Positions 31,777 to 40,020 of a stretch of DNA of 64,000 bases are shown piece by piece. Origin of the DNA: Bdellovibrionota bacterium (GTDB lineage: Bacteria; Bdellovibrionota_G; JALEGL01; DATDPG01); NCBI GenBank assembly GCA_963668355.1, contig OY764265.1, positions 2,400,001 through 2,464,000 on the forward strand. Direction: 5' to 3'. How positions within the stretch are numbered: position 1 is the stretch's first letter; every line of letters starts with the position of its first letter. The notes below the pieces were generated by a model. That model saw nothing but the letters and a program-made list of their open reading frames with translations. It was not told the DNA's origin and made no database searches. The translations under genes were made by a program, and so were the position numbers.

Positions 31777-32510
31777 TCAGTCTCGACCTCTGGAAATCCG
31801 TACTTGGGACTGATTTCTGGTTCTGGCTCCGGCGTCAAGGTTGTGCTGGGTTCGGAAGAACTGGTGCTGGAAGAAATCCCCGGAATCCTGATTACGCCCA
31901 CAAATCCCAAAATGATCACGAACATGATCAGAAGCACCCCAATGGAAATGGGCATGATGTAGTGATTCATGACCTTTCCTGCAGGTTTGGGTTCAGGCAA
32001 ATACTCTCCCAGGTCTTTTCGCGAGAGCTTTGGATTTTTTGGCTTGTTGGGTGAAGATTTTGGGGGCGGAACAAAATCGCGGGTGGGTTTGACCTCCTGC
32101 GTTTTTAAGCCGATGGGAATCGAAGCTTTGAGAGATTCTCCAATCGAAGGTTCCATGGGCACATCAAAGGTCTTTTCCGGAGGAGCAGGGGGGGAAGGTT
32201 TGACGAAATCTTCTTTTGATTTCTTTGGCTTCTTTTCTTTTTCCGGAGGTGTTTTGGGTTCCAGAGGAAGGGCGTCTTTAGGCCCTTCAGGGGTAGGATC
32301 AGGTGTTTGTTCCTCAGGTAACTTCACCTCGTGTTCGCCGTCTGAAACGATGTGTTCGATGACAGGTTTGTCGAGCGTACGTGTTCCCGACTTCATGATG
32401 AAAAAACTCAAACATTTGGGACACGTAATCTTAACGCCGTCCTTGGTGATCTGGTGGTCATCAATTCGGTAGACGCTATTGCATGTTCCGCATTCAAAGG
32501 TATACGGCAT
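31749..32510 (-). CDS. MJ0042-type zinc-ribbon protein with Pro-rich linker and C-terminal TM helix
   Basis: 'CGTCNSVY..CPKC', Pro/Lys-rich middle, hydrophobic 'ISIGVLLIMFVIILGFVGVI'. Confidence 0.8.
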   Translation of the reverse strand: MPYTFECGTCNSVYRIDDHQITKDGVKITCPKCLSFFIMKSGTRTLDKPVIEHIVSDGEHEVKLPEEQTPDPTPEGPKDALPLEPKTPPEKEKKPKKSKEDFVKPSPPAPPEKTFDVPMEPSIGESLKASIPIGLKTQEVKPTRDFVPPPKSSPNKPKNPKLSRKDLGEYLPEPKPAGKVMNHYIMPISIGVLLIMFVIILGFVGVIRIPGISSSTSSSEPSTTLTPEPEPEISPKYGFPEVETDYDPWADSK

Positions 32511-32541
32511 AAGTGCATGATATTAAATGCTCTTTTTAAAA

Positions 32542-33363
32542 TCAATGTGAACTCCGATGAAAAGTGAGCTTTCCTCCCCGAATGATCTCGATGGCCTGGT
32601 TGCGCTCCTCCTGAACCGAGTTGCGAAATGCGGCCTCTAAAACCTCGGACTGACCGACCAGGGGCAGGTCTTGGAGCGTTTCATAGTCATCTGGGTGGCG
32701 AAGAACCAGTCTGAGTTTCTCTTGATCGCCGGCAAAGGAAATGAGTCCCACTTCTTTGGGTAAAACCATCAAGGTTACAGTCGAGTAGGCGTGCCCCTTC
32801 TGTCCCACACGTCCCACGTCCAACACAGACACATTTTGAAGCAAGGTAACGGCCTTGGGACCCTCTTCGCTCAACATCTTTGTTGTCGTCACGATATCCA
32901 CGTGGTCGCCGGGGCGAACGGCGTTGGCTACGGAAGCGGTATGGTCGACGGCAATGGAGAGGGCCCGATAGCCTTTGGCAATTCTGCGGGCGGGAACGGA
33001 TCGAGAAAGCCCCACGTCTAAATCCGACCAAGTGATCATGGCTCCCGCTGGAATGGGTTTTTTGACCAGTTTCCCCTTGATGTGTTTCTGATCTGAGATG
33101 AGAAGAACTCCCAGAGGGGCGTATTTTTTCGGGATGGATTGGACTGTTAAGTCCGAAGATGTGATGGACTCTCCTTCTTGAAGGGATCTGGAAGCCACGA
33201 GGATGGGGGTTTTTTCCATGCCGTATCCCAAATCTTTTTTGTACTTCTGGACGCCCAGGAGCAGCAAAACGGTTCCCAAAACTGATAAGAGAATCGGAAC
33301 CAGAAGTTGGCGATATTTTTCATTGGAAGATTGAATGCTCGACAAAATGTTCTTGAAGTTCAT
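32542..33363 (-). CDS. cpaB: Flp pilus assembly protein CpaB/RcpC
   Basis: TM helix, SAF domain, 'GYRALSIAV', 'VRPGDHVDIV', 'LLQNVSVL'; GGAG RBS before ATG 33363. Confidence 0.88.
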   Translation of the reverse strand: MNFKNILSSIQSSNEKYRQLLVPILLSVLGTVLLLLGVQKYKKDLGYGMEKTPILVASRSLQEGESITSSDLTVQSIPKKYAPLGVLLISDQKHIKGKLVKKPIPAGAMITWSDLDVGLSRSVPARRIAKGYRALSIAVDHTASVANAVRPGDHVDIVTTTKMLSEEGPKAVTLLQNVSVLDVGRVGQKGHAYSTVTLMVLPKEVGLISFAGDQEKLRLVLRHPDDYETLQDLPLVGQSEVLEAAFRNSVQEERNQAIEIIRGGKLTFHRSSH

Positions 33364-34222
33364 GTAAACTCTCCTCGGTATATTGTTGGATTTGGTTTTC
33401 AATGGCGTCTCTAAATTGGTTTTGAAGTTCTTCGGTTAGGTGATTCATCACGGTATCCCGGACTTGATCTGAAACTTCATCGAAGGCCATCCCGGCCAAT
33501 TCATCCAGGCCGGGAATCTCTCCAAGGGGAAGAAAGGAAGCTTCGAGAATTTCCTGGGCTCCCACAGCTTGAAGGGGAATGAGAGGCTGAAATCCTGCAT
33601 CCAGCATTTCTTCTTGCCAGAAGGCCTGTCGCCAAGAAATGAGTCCGCCATGGTCGTCGTGATAAAGATCGTTGGCGGGAGCCACTAATTCATTCTGGGT
33701 TTCAAGCGTCAACGCATCCAATAGGTTAAAACCGCGATCCGAATAGTCGCGATCCATTCCGGAGGGGACCATCGGGTTGTACGTTGCAGTCATCCTGTGG
33801 CGTTCTCGATAATTTAATCCAAGAAAGGCTTTAAAGGAGAGGGGAAGATCTTCGGTGAGGTTGAAAACGATTTCTCCCACCTCTTGCATGCAGCTTCCTT
33901 GAGATCCTCGGATGTCTAAGCGTCCCTCCTCGAGAATTTCAAAAATCCGATCGCCACAAGACTGATCCTCTACTGTTTCGAGGGTCAAGCCTGCGTGTTC
34001 TTGAGAAAAATGAGAAAGGAAACGGTTTTGGAGGGTTTCTTCGGGTTGTTTGTAGGTTCGGCCGATGCTGTGAACCCAAGAAGCTCGTTCCAATCTTCCT
34101 TGATTGAGAAAGACTTGGCTGAGAAAGAATGTGCCCCAAAGGAGAATGGCAAACAGGGGCATGATCAGGAGAAGTTCAAAATTTCCCTTGGTTGGGATTC
34201 TAGTGGAGGATTTCATTTTCAT
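33320..34222 (-). CDS. TadE-like pseudopilin / Tad-associated protein
   Basis: N-terminal 'KGNFELLLIMPLFAILLWG' prepilin-like segment; GGAGGAG RBS; between a TadG-like gene and cpaB. Confidence 0.55.
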   Translation of the reverse strand: MKMKSSTRIPTKGNFELLLIMPLFAILLWGTFFLSQVFLNQGRLERASWVHSIGRTYKQPEETLQNRFLSHFSQEHAGLTLETVEDQSCGDRIFEILEEGRLDIRGSQGSCMQEVGEIVFNLTEDLPLSFKAFLGLNYRERHRMTATYNPMVPSGMDRDYSDRGFNLLDALTLETQNELVAPANDLYHDDHGGLISWRQAFWQEEMLDAGFQPLIPLQAVGAQEILEASFLPLGEIPGLDELAGMAFDEVSDQVRDTVMNHLTEELQNQFRDAIENQIQQYTEESLHELQEHFVEHSIFQ

Positions 34223-35558
34223 ACTCCTCCGAACGAAAAAGGTTTTGACCAAGATTGATGAATTGATTGGCTTGGCTGGAGTGGATCGTTTCTCCCATGG
34301 CTTCGAGCTCTTTGAAGGCTTGGAGTTGAACCCGAAAGTTCATGTCACACATGGTGCAATGGCTATCGCCTTCCAAGAGATCTTCTTCCGTCAATTCACC
34401 CATGTTCTCGCGAGGGTCAAACAGAACTCGAGCCTGCGATACACTCCACATGGGATTCGGTCCAAAGATGCTGTCGTGGATCTCGGTTTCGGTGGGCCAT
34501 GAGGGAGTGGGAGAGGGCCTTTCTGAGGCTTTTAGAAATCGATGGAACAAAGGATTGGAGTCTTCTTCCAAATATTCGTCAAAAACTTCTGTGAATCGGC
34601 TACGAGACTGCCTGGCGATGGCGATGTGTTGCTCTTCGTTGAAGCTGGGTAACAAGATATACGGGGCCGGAATGTGAAAAACGAAGGAAGAGCCTCCATT
34701 GCGACGGACGATGTCGCTGAAACGTGTACATCTTTGTCCACTCCCTTCAATGACCCGATATGAAGGAGGATTCCCTTCAAAGTTCCGGGTGGGAACGATT
34801 TCAGTGGTCTCCAGGACTCCCTGGCCTCCGGCTTGATATCGGAGGAAAAACGAATCTCTTTCCGGGCGAAATTCTCGTGCAAAGGCCACGTAGTCACGGT
34901 TGTTTCGAAGCGTAAAATCTGTGCATTGAGAGATGTCCCCTCCGTTGGCCACGCGAATGGCTTCTTCGTTGGCGTTCTCTTCCGCCTGAAGGAGTGCCTC
35001 CAGATCATCGGCCCCAGGTCGGAAAAGATGCAATGCCCTTGGAGATCCTCCCAAATCCACATTTTTCTCAACGAGATAGTTCCAAGCTCCGCCTTCATGA
35101 AGAATGTTGGAAAATAGAATTGTTCTTTCGGGCGCGATTTTGGCCCATTTAAGAATGCGGTCTTGCGCGTTGGCAATCTCTTCCCCCAGTTGATTGATTT
35201 TGGGAACAAATTCCCGCATTTTCCAACTCAGCCTGATGGCCGGTCGGAGACAGGGACAGGTCACCAAGGTAAAGAAACAGGCCAAGGCACACGCATCCAG
35301 AGCCACTGTGACCAAGCCGACGATGTAGGCGTTTCTTCGAACGATTCGAAGTCCCTTATTTAGACCCGCGATGGCGTTGAGGGCTCGGGCTTGTTGATTG
35401 GCGGCCATCACCGCCATGGCGTCGGCCTTTCGTTGTTCCCGGACTTTTTGAATGTAGAGAAACGTTCGTTCTCCTCCCATCGCAATCATGCAGACCAAAA
35501 TCGACATCAGTACCAGCGTAATGGGAAGGGCTTGTCCTCTCTGATTGCAAAGTTTCAT
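34200..35558 (-). CDS. TadG-like Tad pilus protein
   Basis: 'NQRGQALPITLV' Tad N-terminal motif, 'KADAMAVMAA', 'ARALNAIAGLN'. Confidence 0.7.
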   Translation of the reverse strand: MKLCNQRGQALPITLVLMSILVCMIAMGGERTFLYIQKVREQRKADAMAVMAANQQARALNAIAGLNKGLRIVRRNAYIVGLVTVALDACALACFFTLVTCPCLRPAIRLSWKMREFVPKINQLGEEIANAQDRILKWAKIAPERTILFSNILHEGGAWNYLVEKNVDLGGSPRALHLFRPGADDLEALLQAEENANEEAIRVANGGDISQCTDFTLRNNRDYVAFAREFRPERDSFFLRYQAGGQGVLETTEIVPTRNFEGNPPSYRVIEGSGQRCTRFSDIVRRNGGSSFVFHIPAPYILLPSFNEEQHIAIARQSRSRFTEVFDEYLEEDSNPLFHRFLKASERPSPTPSWPTETEIHDSIFGPNPMWSVSQARVLFDPRENMGELTEEDLLEGDSHCTMCDMNFRVQLQAFKELEAMGETIHSSQANQFINLGQNLFRSEEYENEILH

Positions 35559-35974
35559 TACGGAGCCTCGGGAAGAGGAATGCTCCCCTTGAGTTCAGGT
35601 TTTGGAAGGAAAGAGTCCGAATCTTCTTCGGAATTTTGAGAAATGAAGTGTTGGAGTGTGTTCATTCGAAAGGGGTCTCCCAATAAAGGTGTGTTCGGTT
35701 GGGCCAAACGAATCTGAATCAGCTTTGTGGTGTCGGGAGATTCCGTTCGAAGGAGCTCCAGGGATTCATTCTCGTCCCCTAAGATCCATTCACTCATCCG
35801 TTGCGTGCTTTCTTGAGCCAAGTCGATGGAAGGATCTTGGTCCACCAGGGCGCTTCGGGCGGCAAAAAAACTGGCCTGTTCCACAGAAACCGCCAATCGA
35901 CTCAGTTCGATGACGTGTGTAAGGCCCGCCACGCATAAAAGAAGAATGGGGAACGAAGTTAAAAAATGAATCAT
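35558..35974 (-). CDS. TadE-like small protein
   Basis: Hydrophobic N-terminus then 'QASFFAARSA'; first gene of the Tad block. Confidence 0.55.
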   Translation of the reverse strand: MIHFLTSFPILLLCVAGLTHVIELSRLAVSVEQASFFAARSALVDQDPSIDLAQESTQRMSEWILGDENESLELLRTESPDTTKLIQIRLAQPNTPLLGDPFRMNTLQHFISQNSEEDSDSFLPKPELKGSIPLPEAP

Positions 35975-35987
35975 GTTTTTCTTTATG

Positions 35988-36002
35988 GCAACGGGCGTGC
36001 CA
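35988..36002 (-). promoter_or_regulatory. Sigma54 (-24/-12) promoter for the Tad block
   Basis: Minus strand TGGCAC-GCCCG-TTGC fits TGGCAC-N5-TTGC; ends 14 bp from the start at 35974. Confidence 0.8.
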
Positions 36003-36070
36003 GGGAAGAAAAAGAGCTAAGTGTTTAGAAATAAAGCTATTTAAAAAATAGAGAAAAAGAAGTGGAGACC

Positions 36071-36098
36071 GAATTTCGAATCTTCGAGTTCGAAATTC
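36071..36098. promoter_or_regulatory. Palindrome, candidate enhancer (bEBP) site
   Basis: GAATTTCGAA-N8-TTCGAAATTC perfect 10-bp inverted repeat about 100 bp upstream of the predicted sigma54 start site. Confidence 0.45.
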
Positions 36099-36376
36099 TT
36101 ACATCAAAACCGGGATGTCCGATGTTCGTACGTAATGGGTGCGAGGGGTTTTCATTTTGCCCTCTTTGGAAAGATGCAAAAGAAGTTCGACTTTCCGACA
36201 ATAAAGGGATTGTTCATGATCCTTGTGGCAGCTTTGGAAAATGGGACAGTCTTTCTTTTTGCACATGTCTTGGAATTACGCAGAAGTTATGCCAATTCTT
36301 TCAAGAGCGAATTCGCATTATTTCAACATGTTAGGGTTACGGATCCGGAAGATTTGCGGCATACTTTGGGGAAAGG

Positions 36377-37138
36377 ATGTCTCGCATGCGTATATTGCTC
36401 TCAAATGATGATGGAATTGAATCTCCTGGATTGATCGCTCTCGCAGAAGTCTTGGAAAAACTCGGCGACCTTGTGGTTGTGGCACCGGATCGGGAACAGA
36501 GTGGAACCTCCCATTCTCTGACCTTGCTTCGCCCCCTACGAATCCAGGAAATAAAAACGAATTGGTTCTCCATTGATGGAACCCCTAGCGATTGTGTCAA
36601 CTTAGCCATTCGGGAAATTTTGAAAGATCGCCTCCCTGACCTCGTGGTTTCCGGGGTCAACCGGGGACCGAACTTGGGAGATGATATTCTGTATTCCGGA
36701 ACGGCCGCGGCGGCCATGGAAGGGGCCATCCAAGGGATTCCAGGAATGGCGTTTTCATTGGTTCTTAAGCGTGGAGAATCGCCGAATTACTCTTCTGCAC
36801 AGGCTTTTGCGAAGAGAATGGTAAAGCGCTTTCAAGAACATCCTTGGCCCTCGGAAGTTGTCATGAATGTGAATGTTCCCAACCAGACGGGGGATCCTAT
36901 CACTTCCTACGCTTTTACCCGCCAGGGGAAACGCCACTACACGGATGTCATTGTAAAAAACATTGACCCTCGGGGTAGGCCTTATTTTTGGATCGGTGGA
37001 GATGCCCAAGGTTTTGATGAAGTTCCCGGATCAGACGGGGAAGCGGTTCATCGGAATTTGATTTCGATTACGCCCATTCGTTTGAATCTTACGCACGAGA
37101 CGTATCTCCAACATATGACGGAAGAATGGCATCTGTAA
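36377..37138 (+). CDS. surE: 5'/3'-nucleotidase SurE
   Basis: 'ILLSNDDG', 'DGTPSDCV', 'SGVNRGPNLG', 'YSGTAAAA'. Confidence 0.96.
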   Translation: MSRMRILLSNDDGIESPGLIALAEVLEKLGDLVVVAPDREQSGTSHSLTLLRPLRIQEIKTNWFSIDGTPSDCVNLAIREILKDRLPDLVVSGVNRGPNLGDDILYSGTAAAAMEGAIQGIPGMAFSLVLKRGESPNYSSAQAFAKRMVKRFQEHPWPSEVVMNVNVPNQTGDPITSYAFTRQGKRHYTDVIVKNIDPRGRPYFWIGGDAQGFDEVPGSDGEAVHRNLISITPIRLNLTHETYLQHMTEEWHL

Positions 37139-37767
37139 TGAGAAGGCCAGCCATGACCGCCCACAGCATGGTGGAACGCTATCTTCGTCCTCGGGGTATT
37201 TTTGATGAACGGGTATTGTCAGCCATGTTGAAAGTTCCCCGCCATCTTTTCGTTCCCGATGCGTTGCGAGAGAGGGCTTATTCGGACCATCCCTTGCCGA
37301 TAGGTGCGGATCAGACCATTTCACAGCCGTTCATTGTTGCGTTGATGACGCAGGCCTTGGAGTTGACCGGTCAAGAGAAGATCTTGGAAATTGGAACGGG
37401 GTCTGGATATCAAGCCGCCATTTTAGCTGAATTGGCCAAGTCGGTTTTTTCAATTGAGCGTGTTCATGCCCTGGGTTCCAAAGCTCGGAAAGTTTTGGAA
37501 AGCCTTTCCTATCATAATGTTTCCATTCGGGTGGCCAACGGAACGCTGGGGTGGAGTGAGTTTGCGCCGTATGACCGAATCATTGTGACGGCTTCTGCCA
37601 TCGAAGTGCCTCCTTTTTTGGTGGATCAGCTGGGGGTTGGTGGGCGAATGGTGATCCCTGTGGGAACCCAGGATCGCGAACAAAAATTGTTTTTGCTTGA
37701 AAAACACGCCACAGGAGTGGAAAAAAAGTTTTTGAGTTATTGCAACTTTGTCCCATGCGTCGCCTAA
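37126..37767 (+). CDS. pcm: Protein-L-isoaspartate O-methyltransferase
   Basis: 'QTISQP', 'LEIGTGSGYQAA', 'APYDRIIVTA'. Confidence 0.96.
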   Translation: MASVMRRPAMTAHSMVERYLRPRGIFDERVLSAMLKVPRHLFVPDALRERAYSDHPLPIGADQTISQPFIVALMTQALELTGQEKILEIGTGSGYQAAILAELAKSVFSIERVHALGSKARKVLESLSYHNVSIRVANGTLGWSEFAPYDRIIVTASAIEVPPFLVDQLGVGGRMVIPVGTQDREQKLFLLEKHATGVEKKFLSYCNFVPCVA

Positions 37768-38465
37768 TTCTCATTCTTTGTCTTTGTTTGGCGGCCTGCC
37801 ATGTGAAAGGCGGGATCGTTCATCAGGTCGAAAAAGGGGAATCTTTGATTCAAATCTCCCATGCCTATGGGGTATCTCTGGATGAAATTTTGTACGCCAA
37901 TCGGATTCAAAATCCCAACCAATTAAAGGTGGGAGATAAGTTGTTGATTCCTGGGGTGAGACGGCACAAGAACGTTAAGAAATTTGTTTGGGAACATGAG
38001 GTGCCTTCGCATGAACCCAAGAAGAAAATCTCGCCACCGCGAAAACCCATTGTTTCAAAGAACACTCCTCGAAAAACGCCTCCCGTTACCAAAGGAACGT
38101 TGAAATTTATTTGGCCTGCGAAGGGAAGGCTTCTGGCTCCTTTTGGAATGCAAAACAATCGGATGCACAATGGCATTGATTTGTCTCTGAAACCGAATCA
38201 GGCCATCAAAGCCGCCATGGAGGGAGTTGTTGTGTATAGGGGAGATCAGGTGGATGGATATGGCAATATGTTGATTTTACGCCATCCGGACAACTTATTT
38301 TCAGTCTATGCGTATTTGGGAGATTTTAAAGTCGAGAAAGGTACGGAGGTTTCACAGGGACAGGTCATTGCGCACGCCTCTCGACGAAAAAACTTTGCGT
38401 TCATCCATTTCGAGATCCGCCGTGGCAAACATGCTGTGGATCCTCTGACGTTTTTGCCAAAGTAG
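37755..38465 (+). CDS. LysM + M23 peptidase lipoprotein (NlpD-like)
   Basis: Lipobox 'LAAC', LysM domain, 'HNGID', 'YGNMLILRH', 'HFEIR'; surE-pcm-nlpD order. Confidence 0.9.
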   Translation: MRRLILILCLCLAACHVKGGIVHQVEKGESLIQISHAYGVSLDEILYANRIQNPNQLKVGDKLLIPGVRRHKNVKKFVWEHEVPSHEPKKKISPPRKPIVSKNTPRKTPPVTKGTLKFIWPAKGRLLAPFGMQNNRMHNGIDLSLKPNQAIKAAMEGVVVYRGDQVDGYGNMLILRHPDNLFSVYAYLGDFKVEKGTEVSQGQVIAHASRRKNFAFIHFEIRRGKHAVDPLTFLPK

Positions 38466-38515
38466 TTTTCTCTTTTAAAGAGGGAGAAGAGTTTGGAAAC
38501 AAATCAAATTTCTTG

Positions 38516-38546
38516 GGCCCCTCCGCCCGGTGTAGATCCTCCCAAA
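38516..38546 (+). repeat. 31-bp direct-repeat core, left island boundary
   Basis: GGCCCCTCCGCCCGGTGTAGATCCTCCCAAA, identical at 48902-48932. Confidence 0.95.
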
Positions 38547-38659
38547 GAATCAAGGCGCTATCGGAAACCTTCCTTGGACGAAAAGATAAGAAAAAGAGTT
38601 CGAATTCTGACATTTAAACTGTATTGTATTTAACTATATAAAATTATTTATTAAAATAC

Positions 38660-38690
38660 GTTTGAATTCAAACATAAGAGTGTGTATAAT
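38660..38690 (+). promoter_or_regulatory. Sigma70 promoter of the TA operon with overlapping palindromic operator
   Basis: TTGAAT (38662-38667), 17 bp spacer, TATAAT (38685-38690); perfect palindrome GTTTGAATTCAAAC (38660-38673) over the -35. Confidence 0.75.
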
Positions 38691-38697
38691 ATAGATT

Positions 38698-39126
38698 ATG
38701 TCTTCATCATCTCAGATAGCCGTGCGTGTGCCAGACCTTCCAGAGGCTTCTAAAACGCCTTTGAAGACGCTCGGAAAAGCTTTCTGGAATCTCGTGAATC
38801 ATTATGGGCTGGCGAGGAAGGACCAAGCTGTTATTTTGGGAATTCCTGAAAACCGAGAGCGTCTTGGAAGTTTAGAAAAGAAAAAAGAAATTCCTGATCA
38901 ATATGATGTTTTGTTAAGAGTCGGAACCTTGCTGGGAATTCATAAGAATTTGCGCCTTCTCTTTCCTCATGACCGCGATGTTGTTTACAAATGGATGAAA
39001 ACGCCTCGTGAGTTGTTTGGAAACGTTTCGGCTTTGGATTTTTTGCATGAACGCCCGATTGAATCCTTACCTCGTTTAGTTGCGATTCGGCGCGTGTTAG
39101 ATCAAGTGCGATGTCGCGGAAATTAA
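38698..39126 (+). CDS. Xre/MbcA/ParS-type antitoxin
   Basis: 'RVGTLLGIHKNLRLLF', 'WMKTPRELFGNVSALD' typical of MbcA/ParS C-termini; upstream of and overlapping a RES gene. Confidence 0.85.
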   Translation: MSSSSQIAVRVPDLPEASKTPLKTLGKAFWNLVNHYGLARKDQAVILGIPENRERLGSLEKKKEIPDQYDVLLRVGTLLGIHKNLRLLFPHDRDVVYKWMKTPRELFGNVSALDFLHERPIESLPRLVAIRRVLDQVRCRGN

Positions 39127-39827
39127 CTCTTCCGGAAGCAAGAAGTTATCGTTCGATTGCGTATCGAAATATTTATACAATTAAAGAAAGCCAAAATCTT
39201 TTTGATGACCTTTGTGATCATGAGAAAGAAACGGAAGAATTAGCTTCGTGGGCCGAAAAAGCCAGTGGAATTGACCATGCTAGACCCCAAAAAGAACGTC
39301 CGTTTCAATATGGCTCATTGGAAACGACACTCACAGCTTTTTTCCCTGAGAAATGGGCTGAAGGGAGATTTGGAGATGGTAGAACCTATGGGGTTTGGTA
39401 TGGCGCAAAAGAAATTGAGACATCTGTTAAAGAAGCCGCTTATGCGAGTTATTTGTTTTATCGCTCAGATCTGAAAGCTCATCAAAACCCCATTCAAAGT
39501 GACCGAAAGCTGTTTAAGGTCTCACTTCAAACCAAAAAATGTGTGAGTTTGCTGAGCTTCCAAAAAAAATATAAGCAATTGGTTCATCCGCACGATTATT
39601 CCTTTTGTCAATCATTGGGAGCTATGGCCGTTGACCAAAAAATTGAAATGTTTCGCACACCTTCTGTAAGACATCCAAAAGGAACATGCTTTCCTGTTTT
39701 TTCCCCAAGCGTTATCAAAAAAGAGCAGGTTCTCAGATACGTACACTTTATATTTTACCCAAACGGATCAATCCAAATCACACACGACGAAGATGAAATG
39801 ATTCATTTTCCAAAAGAATGGCTTTGA
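39111..39827 (+). CDS. RES-domain toxin (NAD+ phosphorylase family)
   Basis: 'GRFGDG..YGVWYGA..ETSVKE', 'DYSFCQ', 'PSVRH' give the R-E-S pattern. Confidence 0.87.
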   Translation: MSRKLTLPEARSYRSIAYRNIYTIKESQNLFDDLCDHEKETEELASWAEKASGIDHARPQKERPFQYGSLETTLTAFFPEKWAEGRFGDGRTYGVWYGAKEIETSVKEAAYASYLFYRSDLKAHQNPIQSDRKLFKVSLQTKKCVSLLSFQKKYKQLVHPHDYSFCQSLGAMAVDQKIEMFRTPSVRHPKGTCFPVFSPSVIKKEQVLRYVHFIFYPNGSIQITHDEDEMIHFPKEWL

Positions 39828-40020
39828 TTGAGATCTTTCGAAAGTCGTGATCTTCATATCGATTACACCGAAAAAAGTCGGTAAAATTTTAGTTTGTTGT
39901 TGTGAGCTATGGGTTGACTATGAATTTGCAAAAAATCATGAATTCATTGATAGATTCTTGTAAAAAGATATTTTATAGAAAATTCGGAAGCTTGGTTTTG
40001 CATGCCAGAGGGGTTTTTGC

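Noticed and set aside
38516..38546. Boundary core as a tRNA 3' end, dif site or ordinary target-site duplication
   Set aside because: No T-arm/CCA, no XerD-type TTATGTTAAAT arm, and 31 bp is too long for a usual transposon duplication.
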